NCBI RefSeq assembly: GCF_018350175.1
Contig: NC_058372.1
Span: 147,560,001 to 147,624,000 of the forward strand
Direction: 5' to 3'
From: Felis catus
Lineage: Eukaryota
DNA length: 64,000 nucleotides
In this document: positions 1 to 12,144 of the stretch, one piece after another
How the letters are laid out: each line of letters starts with the position of its first letter
Numbering within the stretch: the first letter of the stretch is position 1
Translations under genes and position numbers: made by a program
The notes under the pieces: model-generated
Told to the model about the DNA's origin: nothing
The model's input: the letters and a program-made list of their open reading frames with translations, nothing else
The model's database searches: none

Positions 1-149
1 AGAGGCTGGGAAACCTTCCTTCCAAGCTTGCGAGAAACCAGCAAATGTGCAGCTCAACCATCTAGGGCAGGCTGAGTAACCAAATAGCCAGAGAGAGGGA
101 GACCTTGCAGAAAAGAGGGATATTGGCCTGCCAGGGGACACAGATGAGC

Positions 150-1240
150 CCCGCCAAGTTGTGTACACGTAACAGACAGAACTTTAAGGTTTGAAATGTA
201 ACACACAAATGTCTACTCATCTTTTGGGGGCCTGAAAAAGAGAGCTTGAGGTCTTCTATAAAGTGCAATAGATGCACGGAAGAAAAACATTGAGATTGTG
301 TTTTGCAAAAGAAAGTTCAAGACATTTCAAACCCATAGTGCAAAAATGTAAAAAAAAAGGGGGGGGGGATATCTTGAAGGAAACATTAGAAAATTGGAGG
401 GTAGATTAAGATAAAAAAAATATTAGGGCACCTGAGTGGCTCAGTCGGTTAAGCCTCTGACTTTGGCTCAGGTTACGATCTCAAAGTTTGTGAGTTTAAG
501 CCCCACGTCAGGCTCTGGGCTGACAGCCTGGAGCCTGGAACCTGCTTTGGATTCTGTGTCCTCCCTCTGTCTGCCCCTCTGCCACTTGCACTCTGTCTCT
601 CTCATTGTCTCAAAAATAAATAACCATTAAAAATTTTTTTAAAAAAGATAAAAAAAAAATATTCATAACAGAAGCTTCAGAAGGAGAATATACACAGATT
701 GGAACTTATCCTCAATGATCATCATCTGATTCTTCTACTAATTCAGTGTTGATAAGACGGAAAACTGTTACACGAAGAGCGAGCTGAAGCCTGTAAGTTA
801 GAATGGCTCACCACTTCCAGAGACGATTGATAAAAAGAGTTACGAATCAAATCGAGGCATGGTTGGAGGATATAGGGAAAATCTTAAAAGGTTTTTAACT
901 GAAAGTCCAGTACCCTACCAGCTAAAAAAAAAAATCAACGCGGAACACAAAGAGGAAAATAAAGGAGACAGTTGCAAAAAACGATCACGTTTACGATTGT
1001 GGGGCTGAAAAGAAAAATAAAAACCTAACTAAGGGGTATGCAAAAATTCCAAGTATATTACTCACTGAAAACTATGTGAGAAAAGACTCTATCAGAAAAA
1101 ATAAAATAAAATAAAACTGAAGCAATGAGGCAGAAGAGACAACCAGGTGGGAACACAGCAGAGGAAACACTAAGAGGAAAGGCGGTAGGATGTACAGGTA
1201 TTTGTATCCACCGGTGAGGTTTAAATGAAAACAGTGTGTT
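150..1240 (+). mobile_element. Old L1M fragment (5'/ORF1-like, highly decayed), interrupted by a SINE
   Basis: A-rich + strand with ORF1-like remnants (e.g. AGGGAAAATCTTAAAAG ~874); no intact ORF. Confidence 0.4.
426..644 (+). mobile_element. CanSINE (SINEC_Fc-type)
   Basis: GGGCACCTGAGTGGCTCAGTCGGTTAAG head, CT-rich body, AATAAA/A tail; TSD AAGATAAAAAAAATATT. Confidence 0.95.
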
Positions 1241-1668
1241 ATGCAATTGTTGGACGGGCCCTTACGGAAATGTCAATTAAGCTAAGGTGGTTCTTCATCT
1301 ACTTTATTCTGAATTCTATTCAGATCTACGTCACCCTAAATTACTTTTCTTTAATTCTCCGGTAAGTTACAAAGAAAGATGAACTAGCATTGCCAGCGAT
1401 TTGTTAATGTCTCCAAATTTGTGTGTGGATTTACCTACTTCTCCCTTAAATCTTGTGAGTTTTAGCTACAGCAGTTTCAAACATATGTAGGTTAACAGCG
1501 ACAGCTTCTTGGTGTATTGGCCTATTGAACATTACGAGCCTTTATAGCCTCTCCTTCTTTCTGCCATTTTCTGTTTTCAGGGCATGTGATTTTTAACATA
1601 TTTTCAACCTACTTATGTTTGTGTGCTTTAGGTGTTTCTTCTAGCCAGACTAAAACTGATACTTTTCA

Positions 1669-1901
1669 GGGGCACCTGGGTGTCTCAGTCGGTTGAGTGT
1701 CCAACCTTGGCTCAGGTCGTGATCTCACAGTCTGTGGGTTCGAGCCCCACGTCGGGCTCTGTGCTGACAGCTCAGAGCCTGGAGCTGCTTTGGATTCGGT
1801 GATTCCCTGTCTCTGCCCCTCCCCCACTCATGCCTCTGTCTCTCTGTCTCTCTCTCTTTCTCTCAAAAGTAAATAAACATTAAAAAATAAATAAATAAAA
1901 T
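1669..1901 (+). mobile_element. CanSINE
   Basis: GGGGCACCTGGG head, A/B boxes, CT tract, A tail; degenerate TSD ending CTTTTCA. Confidence 0.95.
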
Positions 1902-2360
1902 AAAATGGACGCTTTTCAAATCCAGTCTGATGATCTCTGTCTCGATTGGATTCTTCAGTCTAGTTACATTTAACATCATTATTGATATGGTTGGGAATAA
2001 GTCTGCCATTTTACTAAGGGTTTGTTAGTTTTCCATTTTGTTTAACTTCTTCCTTTCTTCCATTTTTTTGTTAATTACATAATTTATGAATCCGCTTTAT
2101 TACCACTATTGGCTTTTTTGCTGTATTTATTGGGATTACTTTTTAGTAGTTTCTTTAGAGATTACAATATGCATCTGTAATGTATGATAGTAGTCTTAGA
2201 ATTGTTTTTCAATTACTTCAGGCGCTATAGGAAACTTCTGATCAGTCTGTTTGTAACACTCCCATCCTTATGGCTTATTGTCATATCCACCACCCTATAG
2301 ACATTATAAACTGAACCAAAAAATATGACCATTTTTGCTTTCAACAGTCCTATATCTTTT

Positions 2361-2945
2361 AGTGAGGTAGATAAAACTCTAATGGTCTCATTCACATAGG
2401 GTTTGATTTTTCTGACTAAAGAAGACTCACGAGGCCCCAGATGGCAACTCAGACGAATCATTTACTTCTGGAAAAGGATACAACGGAGCAACTACATTAA
2501 GGTGAGGGTATCTATAGGTTGCCTCTCTGCGTGGGTCCTGCAGAGCCAGCATCAGCCCTGGTGGTCTTTTCTCTTCAGGTTGTCTCAACTAAAAGTGCTT
2601 CCTTTTCAAATCCAGAATCACTAACAGGTGCATGGAACACCCCAAAGTAGATTCTCAATGGGGGCATCTTATACCTGGCTTATCCCGTGGTATATGACCA
2701 GCTTGCTATGTAACCACCGCCCTCGCAGAGCCCTCTGGGTTTCTTACCTGGACCCACACAAATCATTGACTCTATTGTGCAAACCACCCCAAACTCCCTT
2801 GGCCCCTTCATCACAAAGCAGCGTGTTAATTAATCGGTACCTTTCATGCCTTCACTAGGGGTCAGTGCTATACAGGACCATCACCAATTTCAACAAAATA
2901 GCCCAGGCCAATTCCAGGGCTGCTGGGATTAACCTTCTAAGTGTG
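2361..2945 (-). mobile_element. ERVL-type solo LTR (MER21/MER68/MER77-like)
   Basis: GACTAAAGAAGACTCAC...ATTTACTTCTGGAAAAGGATACAA resembles the antisense MER21-group consensus; interrupts L1. Confidence 0.6.
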
Positions 2946-2965
2946 TGTACGAGAAAGCAGGCACA

Positions 2966-2966
<1 letters not shown>

Positions 2967-3004
<38 letters not shown>
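2967..3004. repeat. (GT)n microsatellite
   Basis: Direct GT run. Confidence 0.95.
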
Positions 3005-3006
<2 letters not shown>

Positions 3007-3284
3007 GTGTCTGTCCCTGTATGTGATAATCTTTCGTGCTTACTCATATAGTCACCATTCATGCAGCTCTTCCTTCCTTCCTTAGATTGGATTTGTCATT
3101 TAGAGTCATTACCCTTGGCCTAAAAAGGACCTTTTTTTTTTCTCTTTTTGCATTTCTTATAGTGGAAGTCTGCCGGTGACAAGTAGTTTCAATTTTTGTT
3201 CCTCTGGTACCAAAAATACATTTCCCCTTCATTTTTTCAGGATAGGTTAGTTGCAGGTAGAATTCTTAGTTAAGAGTTTGACTA

Positions 3285-3504
3285 GGGGTGCCTGGGCGGC
3301 TGAGTCGGTTAAGCATCCGGCTTCGGCTCAGGTCATGATCTCACCGTTGGTGGGTTCAGGCCCCACATCGGGCTCTGTGCTGACAGCTCAGAGCCTGGAG
3401 CCTGCTTCAGATTCTGTGTCTCCCTCTCTCTCTCTGCCCCTCCCCCGCTCATGCTCTGTTTCTCTCGGTCTCAAAAATAAATAAACACTAAAACAATTGT
3501 TTTA
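3285..3504 (+). mobile_element. CanSINE (SINEC_Fc-type)
   Basis: Full head/body/tail; TSD AAGAGTTTG(A/C)CT. Confidence 0.95.
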
Positions 3505-3516
3505 AAAAGAGTTTGC

Positions 3517-3860
3517 CTCATGGGGAATCTGAACAACAAATGAGTAAACAAACAAGCAAAAAGCAGAATCAGACTTACATATACAAAGAACAAAAACAAG
3601 CCGATTTGTCGGAGGGGGGGATGGGCAAAATAGGGGAAGGGGAGTGGAAGGCACAGGCTTCCAGTTATGGAGGGAATAAGTCATGGGGCAAAGGCACAGC
3701 ATAGGGCATATGGTCACTGGTGTTGTAATGGAGTCATGTAGTGACAAATGGCAGGTAGACTTGAGGTGAACACATCGTGACATGACGCGGTACAATCACT
3801 ATGCTGTACCCCTGAACTAACGTAACGTTGCGTGTCAACTATACTCAAAAAATGTTTAAA
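3517..3860 (+). mobile_element. Carnivore L1 3' end (L1_Carn-type)
   Basis: GGCTTCCAGTTATGG...AATAAGTCATGGGG...GTGTCAACTATACTCAAAAAA, typical carnivore L1 3' UTR. Confidence 0.85.
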
Positions 3861-4560
3861 GAATTCTGTTCTTGCTTTTTTCTCCGCAGCATAAAGACAT
3901 GGTGCCCAATATTTTCCGGCTTTTATTTTTATCTGATAGGAACTCAGGATGGATGCTGGTTTTTCTCCTCTTTATGAAATGTTTTTCTCTTATCATATCT
4001 TCTCCCATATTTAACTTTCGATGGCTCAGTTACACTGTTCCCAGGTGATTTTCTTTCTTTTTTTTTTTTAATCTCTCCTCGGAGTTTGTTGAGCTTCATG
4101 GATCTGTATAACTTTTCCACCAAATGTCGAATATTTTAGCTCATTGTTTCCTCAAGTATTTTCTCTGCTCCCTTCTCTCCCTCTTTCTTTCTGAAACTCC
4201 GATTACATTCATTCCGACACATTAACGCATTACCACAGGGCTCTGAGACTCTGTTCATCTCTTATTGGCTTTTCCTTTGTTTTTTATATTGGCTGACGTC
4301 CATCCATCTATCTTCAATTTCACTGAGTGTTTCTTCTGTCATCTCCGCTCTGCTGTTGAGTCCATCTAGTGAATTTTTTATTTGAATTATCATACCGCAT
4401 GGAATTTTATTGCTTCTATTTTCTAATTCCCCATTGAAGTTCTCTATCCCTTCACTGAGACCTTTTTCTTTCTTTGAATGCAAACCTCACATGTGCATCT
4501 TGCAACCCAACGTATATAACATGGTTGGTCTGCAACACCTGTAGCCATCACTTTAATTTA

Positions 4561-4783
4561 TTTTTTTAATTTTTTTATTTATTATTTTTTCATTTATTTT
4601 TGACAGAGAGAGACAGAGCATGACTGGGGGAGGGGCAGAGAGAGGGAGACACAGAATCTGAAGCAGGCTCCAGGCTCTGAGCTGTCAGCACAGAGCCCGA
4701 TGCGGGGCTCTAACTCATGGACCGCAAGATCATGTCCTGAGCCAAAGTCAGATGCTCAACCGACTGAGCCACCCAGGCTCCCC
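4561..4783 (-). mobile_element. CanSINE (SINEC_Fc-type)
   Basis: Antisense SINE; perfect TSD CCATCACTTTAATTTA at 4545-4560 and 4785-4800. Confidence 0.97.
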
Positions 4784-4859
4784 ACCATCACTTTAATTTA
4801 ATGTGGCCCCGATTTAAAACATTTATAGGCATGAGGGAGGGACAAATTCATATGTTTTT

Positions 4860-5470
4860 CCAATGATAGAGCCTTCTTCCTATGCTTTAAGTAATCCCCA
4901 CAAGTAACTATTCAAGGAAAATTAGCACCTAACCTTCAAAAATACTTAACCCCACAAGGAATCAAGATATCATAACCAAGAATCAGTAAGAAAAAACACT
5001 CTGAGAAAATAGACCTAAAACTGTTTACATATACAGCACCTATCTTACTCTGGTTAAAGAAATACAAACCAATTTGAAAAAAAAATGGTAAAAATCTGGG
5101 AATTAATAAAAATGTCTCAGCTGACTTGCAAAAGAATTAAATAGAACAACTACCCGTGAAAAATGCTGAAAGCGAAATTAAAACTCAACAAAATATGCTT
5201 TAAAAATAGACATGGCAGCAGAAGAAATTACTCAGTAGGATAATAGATCAAAATAAATTATAACACAGCATAGAGGAAAAAGAGGCAGAGATCTAAAATA
5301 ACAAATAGCACACATGGAAGATTATATGCAAACATACACCATCATCTATTTGAATTTCTAGATGGAGAGCAAGGAGAAAATGAGTCGGGTTCAAAAAAGG
5401 ACATGGAGACCAAGGATTTGTTTGAACTGATGAAAGACATCAATCCATAGTCTCACAGAAACTAACAAAA
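4860..5470 (+). mobile_element. Old L1M ORF1-region fragment
   Basis: A-rich; GAACTGATGAAAGACATCAATCCA ORF1-like motif. Confidence 0.55.
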
Positions 5471-5502
5471 TCAGTCTGGTATTTGCCCTTAAGAATAAAC
5501 AC

Positions 5503-5842
5503 TGTGGTTGTCATAGCTAGTCTGCTTCTTCTTTTCCTTCCTCGTCGTTTCTGAAGAAATATGGCCACGTGACTTGCTTCGGTCGATGAACTATATTTAG
5601 CACAATGTTTGGTGTGACCTTTCGAGGCAGAAACACAGCGAACGCTTTGGTCTTATCTCCATTCTCTTTGCTGGGAGACTGTGGAAGGGTGTGTGTGCCT
5701 AGAGACCTACTCCACCATGGGTCTCAGAAAAGCTGCCTGGAACATGCAGAATGAACAAAAAATAGGCATTTGTTGGTTTAAAACATTGACATTTGGGGGA
5801 TGTTTGAAACTCAGCATAAGCTAACTGATCACTACTGAAACA
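5503..5842 (+). mobile_element. MaLR solo LTR (old MLT1-like)
   Basis: TG...CA ends; GGCCACGTGACTTGCTT and GACATTTGGGGGATGTTTG motifs. Confidence 0.6.
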
Positions 5843-6135
5843 TGAAATTAGAAAAATAAATCACTGGAACAAAAGTGGATATCGGAATATAGAAATAGGT
5901 GTTAGCATAATCTAATAAAAAATCAATGGCTTATTTAATGACTGGTGTTGCCACCATCGACTGTCTATCAAGAAGACAAAAATAAGCGTATCCACACTCA
6001 CTCAAATCTTAGACCTCATATCAAAATAAATTTTAGATGGTTGAATGTTTAAAAAAATGAGAAGAGTTAATGAGTTAATGCCAACAGAAAACCTAATAGA
6101 AAACCTACACATGGGAGTCCAAGAAATTCTCTTTT

Positions 6136-6344
6136 TATTTTTTTTAATGTTTACTTATCTTTGAGACAGAGAGAGAGCATGAGCAGGGGAGGGTCAGAGA
6201 GAGAGGGAGACACAGAGTCTGAAGCAGGCTGTAGGCTCTGAGCGGTCAGCACAGAGCCCGACGCGGGGCTCGAACTCACGGACCGTGAGATCATGACCTG
6301 AGCCGAAATCGGACGCTTAACTGGCTGAGCCACCCGGGCGCCCC
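6136..6344 (-). mobile_element. CanSINE (young, CpG-rich)
   Basis: Perfect TSD AAGAAATTCTCTTTT at 6121-6135 and 6345-6359. Confidence 0.97.
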
Positions 6345-6875
6345 AAGAAATTCTCTTTTTAATCAAGGCTGGACACCTGGGTGTTTCTTAAAGAAAAGCT
6401 GGCACATAGAATTACAGAAAAAGTTAAATCTTTGTAGAGCAAAAGTTACCATAAAAAATGCCAATAGACAACCACGTCAGGTGGAAAACTTTTGTTATGC
6501 AGATGTCAGTGTGTTACTCTTATGATATAAAGTGACATACTTAAAATTTGCAAGAAGAGACCAAATAATGCAAAGGAAATTAAATGCAATAATTAACAGA
6601 AGTACAAATGTAAAAGCCATGAGACACAGGAAAAGACACAATTTGGCAGTAGACGAATGTAAATAAAAGTAACAAGGATATATCATTTCGCATTAAACTG
6701 AAAACACGTAAGGTACAAAGCCTATTTCCAGTAGGTATGTGTGGTAAAGAATACTTTCAAACATTTTTGACGAAAATGGAAAGTGATACTACCCTTTTTT
6801 TTTAAGGAAAATAATTTGGTAACATCGTTACTGAAATTATATAGAAGAACATATACACACCCTTCTAGCAAAAAA

Positions 6876-7020
6876 GTTTATTTGAACGTAGCTGACACGT
6901 GATATTACATTAGCTGCGGACATACAGCAGAGCAGTTCAATGAGTCTACACATTGTGCTGTGCTCACCACAAGTGTAGTACCGTCTGTCACCATGTAACA
7001 CTATTCAAATACCGTTGACA
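6876..7020 (-). mobile_element. Carnivore L1 3' terminal fragment
   Basis: GCTCACCACAAGTGTAG...CTGTCACCAT; same family as 3517-3860 and 51351-51609. Confidence 0.8.
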
Positions 7021-7140
7021 TACCTTTTGACAAACAACCCTCACTCTTCAATTTAGCCCACAGAAATCAAGTACTAGAACATGCAGAGGTTCCTTCCAGC
7101 TTTATTTGAGGCGGGAAAAGGATAAACAAAGAAACATAAC

Positions 7141-7143
<3 letters not shown>

Positions 7144-7176
<33 letters not shown>
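7144..7176. repeat. (CA)n microsatellite
   Basis: Direct CA run. Confidence 0.95.
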
Positions 7177-7179
<3 letters not shown>

Positions 7180-7589
7180 CTGTATGCATACTATGCATCA
7201 CATATCTTATGCGCATATGCATCCAGAGGCAGAGAGGGAGGGAGAGACAATAAGTGAGAGAGATACATTCAGATGCAATCACGTGGTAAGAAGAATTTCC
7301 ATAAAAAAGAATGAATCACAGTGCAAAGCATTTACTGTAACTTAGCTCATCTTTATAAAACAACAACACAATGCACAAAGTCTCATGAGTACCTCTGACA
7401 TCTTGTTTTAATCAGAGCCTGGGACAGGACTCAGGTGAACTTACTTTCTGTAGGAGGTGGCATCTAAGGACGCATGTGGAAGCAAAGGATGATAAAGGCC
7501 AATAGGACTGTCGTATTAAGACCTGGCACCTGCCCATTTCCGGTGGGAGCCCTGGGGAACCATACAGGAGGTCTCCAGAACTGCCAGTC

Positions 7590-7682
7590 TGAAGAATGGA
7601 GAAGCAAAGAGGGTGTGGAGAAGCAAAGAATGGAGAAGCAAAGAATGGAGAAGCAAAGAGGTGAAGAATGGAGAAGCAAAGA
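7590..7682. repeat. Minisatellite, core TGGAGAAGCAAAGA x5
   Basis: Cores start at 7597, 7616, 7631, 7646, 7669. Confidence 0.9.
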
Positions 7683-8215
7683 CAGCATCCCCTGTCTCCC
7701 GGTGGAGACACCTCCTTGCCCTGCGTTTCCACACCAGCTTGCTTGTCCTTAGAACAGCACGTGATCGGGGGGCTTAGGAAGAGGGAAAGGAGGACAGTAT
7801 GCCCGGGCTGATAATGTGCATCACCATGTGCTGGTAAAGAGGAAGATGGCAGACCCCTGTGTAATGAAGCAAAAAAGACTAAGAAGAAATACAGACCTCG
7901 CTAAGAAAGGGATGCGCCTACACGCACATAACCACATGTATGGATTGCTGTGAGATTATTTATGGAGCTGAGTATAAACGTGTATAGTGAACGCATGGTA
8001 TCCTAATAAATATTTTCTGAGTTGGATGAAAAGGAACAGAAATACAACTTATCTGATCATGGTTTAGGTCACTCGACACCAGAAAAATCTGAGTTGATTT
8101 ACGGTAATTAACAAATACATGAAATCATCATAGTGAATTATAAAACATCAGAAAGGTAAAAGCAAGGAATAGGAGAGAACGATTTAAAGTATTTCTGCTG
8201 CTCAGATTAACTTTT

Positions 8216-8439
8216 TCAAAAATGCTTATTTATCTTAAGAGAGCAAGAGAGAGAGTGGACGCTTACCTGAGAGTGAGCAGAGGGGGGAGCCGAGAGAGAG
8301 AGGGAGAGAGAATCCCAAGCAGGCTCTGTGCTGTCAGGGCAGAGCCTGACATGAGGCTCAATCTCCCAAACCGTGAGATCACGACCTGAGCTGAAGTCAA
8401 GAATCGGACACTTAACCTACTGAGCCACCTAGACATCCC
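8216..8439 (-). mobile_element. CanSINE (older)
   Basis: Antisense SINE; TSD TGCTCAGATTAACTTTT. Confidence 0.95.
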
Positions 8440-8559
8440 TGCTCAGATTAACTTTTACGTTTAAAAAATACTTCTCTTGAAAAGAAAGCAATAGGGCTGT
8501 CTGGGTGTATATGCTGTCACCTAATTTATTTGATTCTATTTCATAGCCTGCTTTATTTT

Positions 8560-8720
8560 TATCAAAGTGTTTACTCTCTGGAATTAGCTTGAACTCACTA
8601 GAAAGCAAAGTCTGTGAGAGGAGGGGCTTTACCCACCTTGTTCCCTGCTGTGTCATCAGTCCCTAGAAAAACCCCTCACGTGGTGCACGTGCTGAGCAAA
8701 TACAAAGTGTGAAAGAAGGA
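8560..8720 (+). mobile_element. L2 3' end fragment
   Basis: CTTGTTCCCTGCTGTGTCATCAGTCCCTAGAA...GTGCTGAGCAAATA resembles the L2 terminus. Confidence 0.55.
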
Positions 8721-8799
8721 ACTAATTTTTCATTTAATTGCTACACGCAGTTTAGTGGATAAAGGGCACGCCATTAAAAGGAAGTATAAAGACAATCAA

Positions 8800-9500
8800 C
8801 TACCGGTCTAGTGTTTCGTGTTTGAATTTGTTTTCAAAGTTTTCACCGTTGGAAACAATTCTGCGCATTCTTGTGGCTAATCTCGGCGCACAACCTTGAT
8901 TATGTCTTCGATTTAGGTCTCTAGACGTGACCGATGGGTCAAAGGCTAGCGATATTGTAAGCATTTTCGTACACTTTGTCAAATGAAGATATGTAACATT
9001 TTTTTCTCTTTTATCAGCTTTGCATGAGAACCTCTTGGGCCTTTGCCAACACCAAGCACTGCCATTTACCATTGCCAACTTGAAAGATAAAAAATGGCTT
9101 CCTGTTTTGTTTATATTTGCATTTCTTAGATAATTAACAAATTTGGATTTCGTCATAATAATTTATGTATTACTTCTTCATATCTCTCGCCCGTTTTAAT
9201 GGAGACTCTGTCTTTTTCTTCCTGATTTCTGGGGGTTTTAAAATAGTAAAGAGCATTAATCACTTGCCTGTCATGCTATAAATATTCTTCCCAGTTTGTT
9301 ATTTGCCTTTTTCTCACACTGATAATTTTCTAATGATATTCCAACTAGGTTTTTCAATTTCTAGCATCTCAGTCAGAAGCTCGTGCCAAGAAATCGCAAA
9401 TATTTTTTTTAAAGTTTTCCTCTTATTACCTAATTTGTTGGTGTGTTTCTTGTGCATTCTTTTGAATACGCTTCCTTTTAAAAATGCGCTTAATATCGGT
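8800..9500 (-). mobile_element. Old L1ME ORF2 C-terminal / 3' fragment
   Basis: TTTGCCAACACC...TTTATATTTGCATTTCTT typical antisense L1 sequence. Confidence 0.65.
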
Positions 9501-11119
9501 GCTTCTACAAAGCATTTGAAAAAAAAAACACCCATAATACATCATTGTGAACACAGCACAGAGATGTTGAATGATAATATAGTTAGGTAGCAATGCAGTT
9601 CAAATCATACATGGACAGTGTTCCTCTATAGAACATTCCAGCTCAAGAGCAGTTATCTGGTAGCCTACCACGAGGACTTTATCCCTGGCCATGGCCCTTT
9701 CTTCCAACTGTTAATTAAAGTGTTAATGCCAAATAATCTGCATTTAAAATTTATAAGTGAAACCAAGTAAACTCTGACAGCCAGATTTCAAAAAGATTTC
9801 CGTAGACCGTGTGACCAAATGATAATATGACACCTCTCTGATTCCGCTTCCGTGAAACCACATATGCTCCTTTCTCTACAACCACCTCAGCAAGAAGCAT
9901 ATCCTGCAAAACATATCGAGAAGAATATCAAGGAAAACACTGGAGAGGTTGCGATGTGCCCACTGGTGTCTGACTCCTAGCTGAAAAGTTTAAAGGGAGA
10001 AAGTTCTGGAATGCCCGTGTGCTCCAAAGATGGAACGCTGTGAGCACAGCGAGCACCCTCGTGTGTGGAGAAGCAGCAAATGTGTTAGTGTTTCCTGTTC
10101 ACAGACGCGGCTGAGAGAGAGAACTGCCCTTGGATTAACCTTACATCTGGCCCAGGCGAAATGTTCAGAATTGGAAATATGATCATAGCTGATGGTTGGA
10201 CCACAAAAGGCTGAGGGAGACAGCCAGAGACACAGGTCGGCTGGGGTGCAGGAGCGTCCTGGCCATGGGAGGGTCCCCGACAAACTCACGCGTGTGTGGA
10301 AAGAATTTGAGCGGTTGATCATGCATCACGTAGAGACAGAGGCGGCTCTGAATAATAACCAAGTCCCGGCAGTTCTCAAGACAGTACCAATAGAAGTAAA
10401 ATATTTCCTGCCTGCTTACCGCTTTACTCCAAACTCCCATCCCTGAACTCAGAAGAATCAGAAAACAGGCTTAAATAAGGTGGGAAAGCCAGCCACATCC
10501 ACCCTTCTCTCATACCCGGACTCCTGCCTGCAAGCAAGCTCAAAGCAATAGATTTAATTTCCAATTAACTTGGATTTTTTTTCCTTTTCTTACTATACTT
10601 ATGGATGTTTTAACTGTGGAAAAATATAGAGCCAAGAGCACTGTGGAAAGATGAAAATGATCAAAAATTTTCTATCTCAAGAAAAACGAGCTGAAATATG
10701 ACTGCACTTGGCCTAGATTTCTTTTGTGTGTGCGAGAAAATCCTGTCCCGCAGAGTGGATTTGGATGTTCAGTAGGGACAAAACAAAAAAACAAAAAAAC
10801 ACAATTGTTTTCTGATCCACTGGAGACCCTGTTTTCTTTAATCTAATGGATAGAATTGTAACAATGGAGTCGAATCAAAAGACAGTATTTCAGAAGGAAA
10901 TTTTTTAAAGCCGGCCTAAGGTTAGATACTTCATTAAGTGAAAATGCCAGGAACTTGATTGAAGTTCATGGCTGTGTTCATGTAGGGATAACTGTTGAAC
11001 TGTGTAATTCTGATTTGTGCACCTTTCTGTTTATCTAGTATAATTTAATAAAAACATTATAAGTCCTGGTCTGATGAGGTACATTTGAAATGACTTTAGA
11101 TCTTTTCTGACCACAAGAG

Positions 11120-11827
11120 TATGTGCCCAGTGGAAGCTGTCAGGTCAAGTCTCCATGTAAACAAGGTGGCACTGGGGCAGGGGACAGTGAAGAAGCCTGC
11201 TGTCATATGCTCGTTATATTCCTAATGTCTGGAAATCTCTGCCAGTCACAGGGCAGATCCTACGTTGAAAAGAAGTTTCTATTTCAAAAAGAGTTTTAAG
11301 AGAAAAGGTTATAAAGTCTCTCACCGAGAACCTCATAGGCATCTTTTACCAAATCCTACCTGCTCCGTCAGCATTAAAAGACTTGGAGAATCTGCAGCAA
11401 AGTTAAGATAACTTCTCTCTCATCTGGGCTCCTTCTCTTGCTCTCTCTCCTTCCCTCTCTGGGCAAACCAGCCCTCATTAAGGGAAGCAGCTGTCCAGCC
11501 TGCTGGAGCGTGGTCGATGGCCAACAAACAATGCCCCAGGGATACAGAAGGAAAAAGCTAGAAGGGAGAGATGCCTGAGAGGAAATCAGCTGGAACCTGG
11601 CTCAGTCTATCTCTTATTCTGCTTATTTTGAGCTGTTGGCGACAGGCACCAGGGAGGTGATATGGATAAGCAAGGCAGGCAAAATATAAGATTAATCAGC
11701 GACTGTGTAAGAAGGGGGCGGGGGGCCTGGGTTGAGTTGGAGGGGACATTTTGGAATAAAGGGACCACTTCAAACCTGCTTCACCTGGATATTCTCGTGA
11801 AGAAGTGAAGGTTTACCTCGCCATACA
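11120..11827 (+). mobile_element. Possible ancient solo LTR (Gypsy/ERVL-like)
   Basis: AATAAA at 11755 followed ~65 bp later by ...CCATACA terminus; 5' boundary uncertain. Confidence 0.35.
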
Positions 11828-11917
11828 TTGTGAATATGCAAAGAGGTCATAAGTCTGAGTATTTAAATTTCTTGATGTTTAAATATTGCCACCTAATTTA
11901 AAGGGCTTGTGTGGTAT

Positions 11918-12144
11918 GGGGCGCCTGGGTGGCTCAGTCGGTTGAGCGTCCAACTTCGGCTCAGGTCATGATCTCTCAGGTTGTGGGTTCCAGCCCAGCG
12001 TCAGGCTCTGTGCTGACAGCTCAGAGCCTGGAGCCTGCTTTGGATCCTGCGTCTCCCTCTCTCTCTCTTCCCCTCCCCTGCTCACGTTCTGTTGCTCTCT
12101 CAAAAATAAACATTAAAAATTTTTAAAAAAACAAATACAAATGT
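11918..12144 (+). mobile_element. CanSINE (SINEC_Fc-type)
   Basis: GGGGCGCCTGGGTGGCTCAG head; near-TSD AAAGGGC..GTGTGGT. Confidence 0.95.

Larger units (their letters stand above)
1290..4485 (-). mobile_element. Old L1M (ORF2 start to ORF1), fragmented by SINE, LTR and L1 insertions
   Basis: ORF 4262-4483(-) contains QIKNSLDGLNSRAEMTEETLSEIEDR, matching the L1 ORF1p coiled coil; T-rich + strand. Confidence 0.75.
5845..7400 (+). mobile_element. Old L1ME-like ORF2 3' part / 3' UTR fragments
   Basis: CAAAATAAATTTTAGATGG and other ORF2 C-terminal remnants; interrupted by SINE, L1_Carn and (CA)n. Confidence 0.6.

Noticed and set aside
150-4485. Twin-priming 5' inversion between the + and - L1 fragments
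   Set aside because: Both sides seem to include ORF1-region sequence and no shared TSD is visible; independent old insertions are more likely
7412-7752. Repetitive peptides (FASPF, MEKQR) suggesting a repeat protein
   Set aside because: Produced by the minisatellite in several frames on both strands
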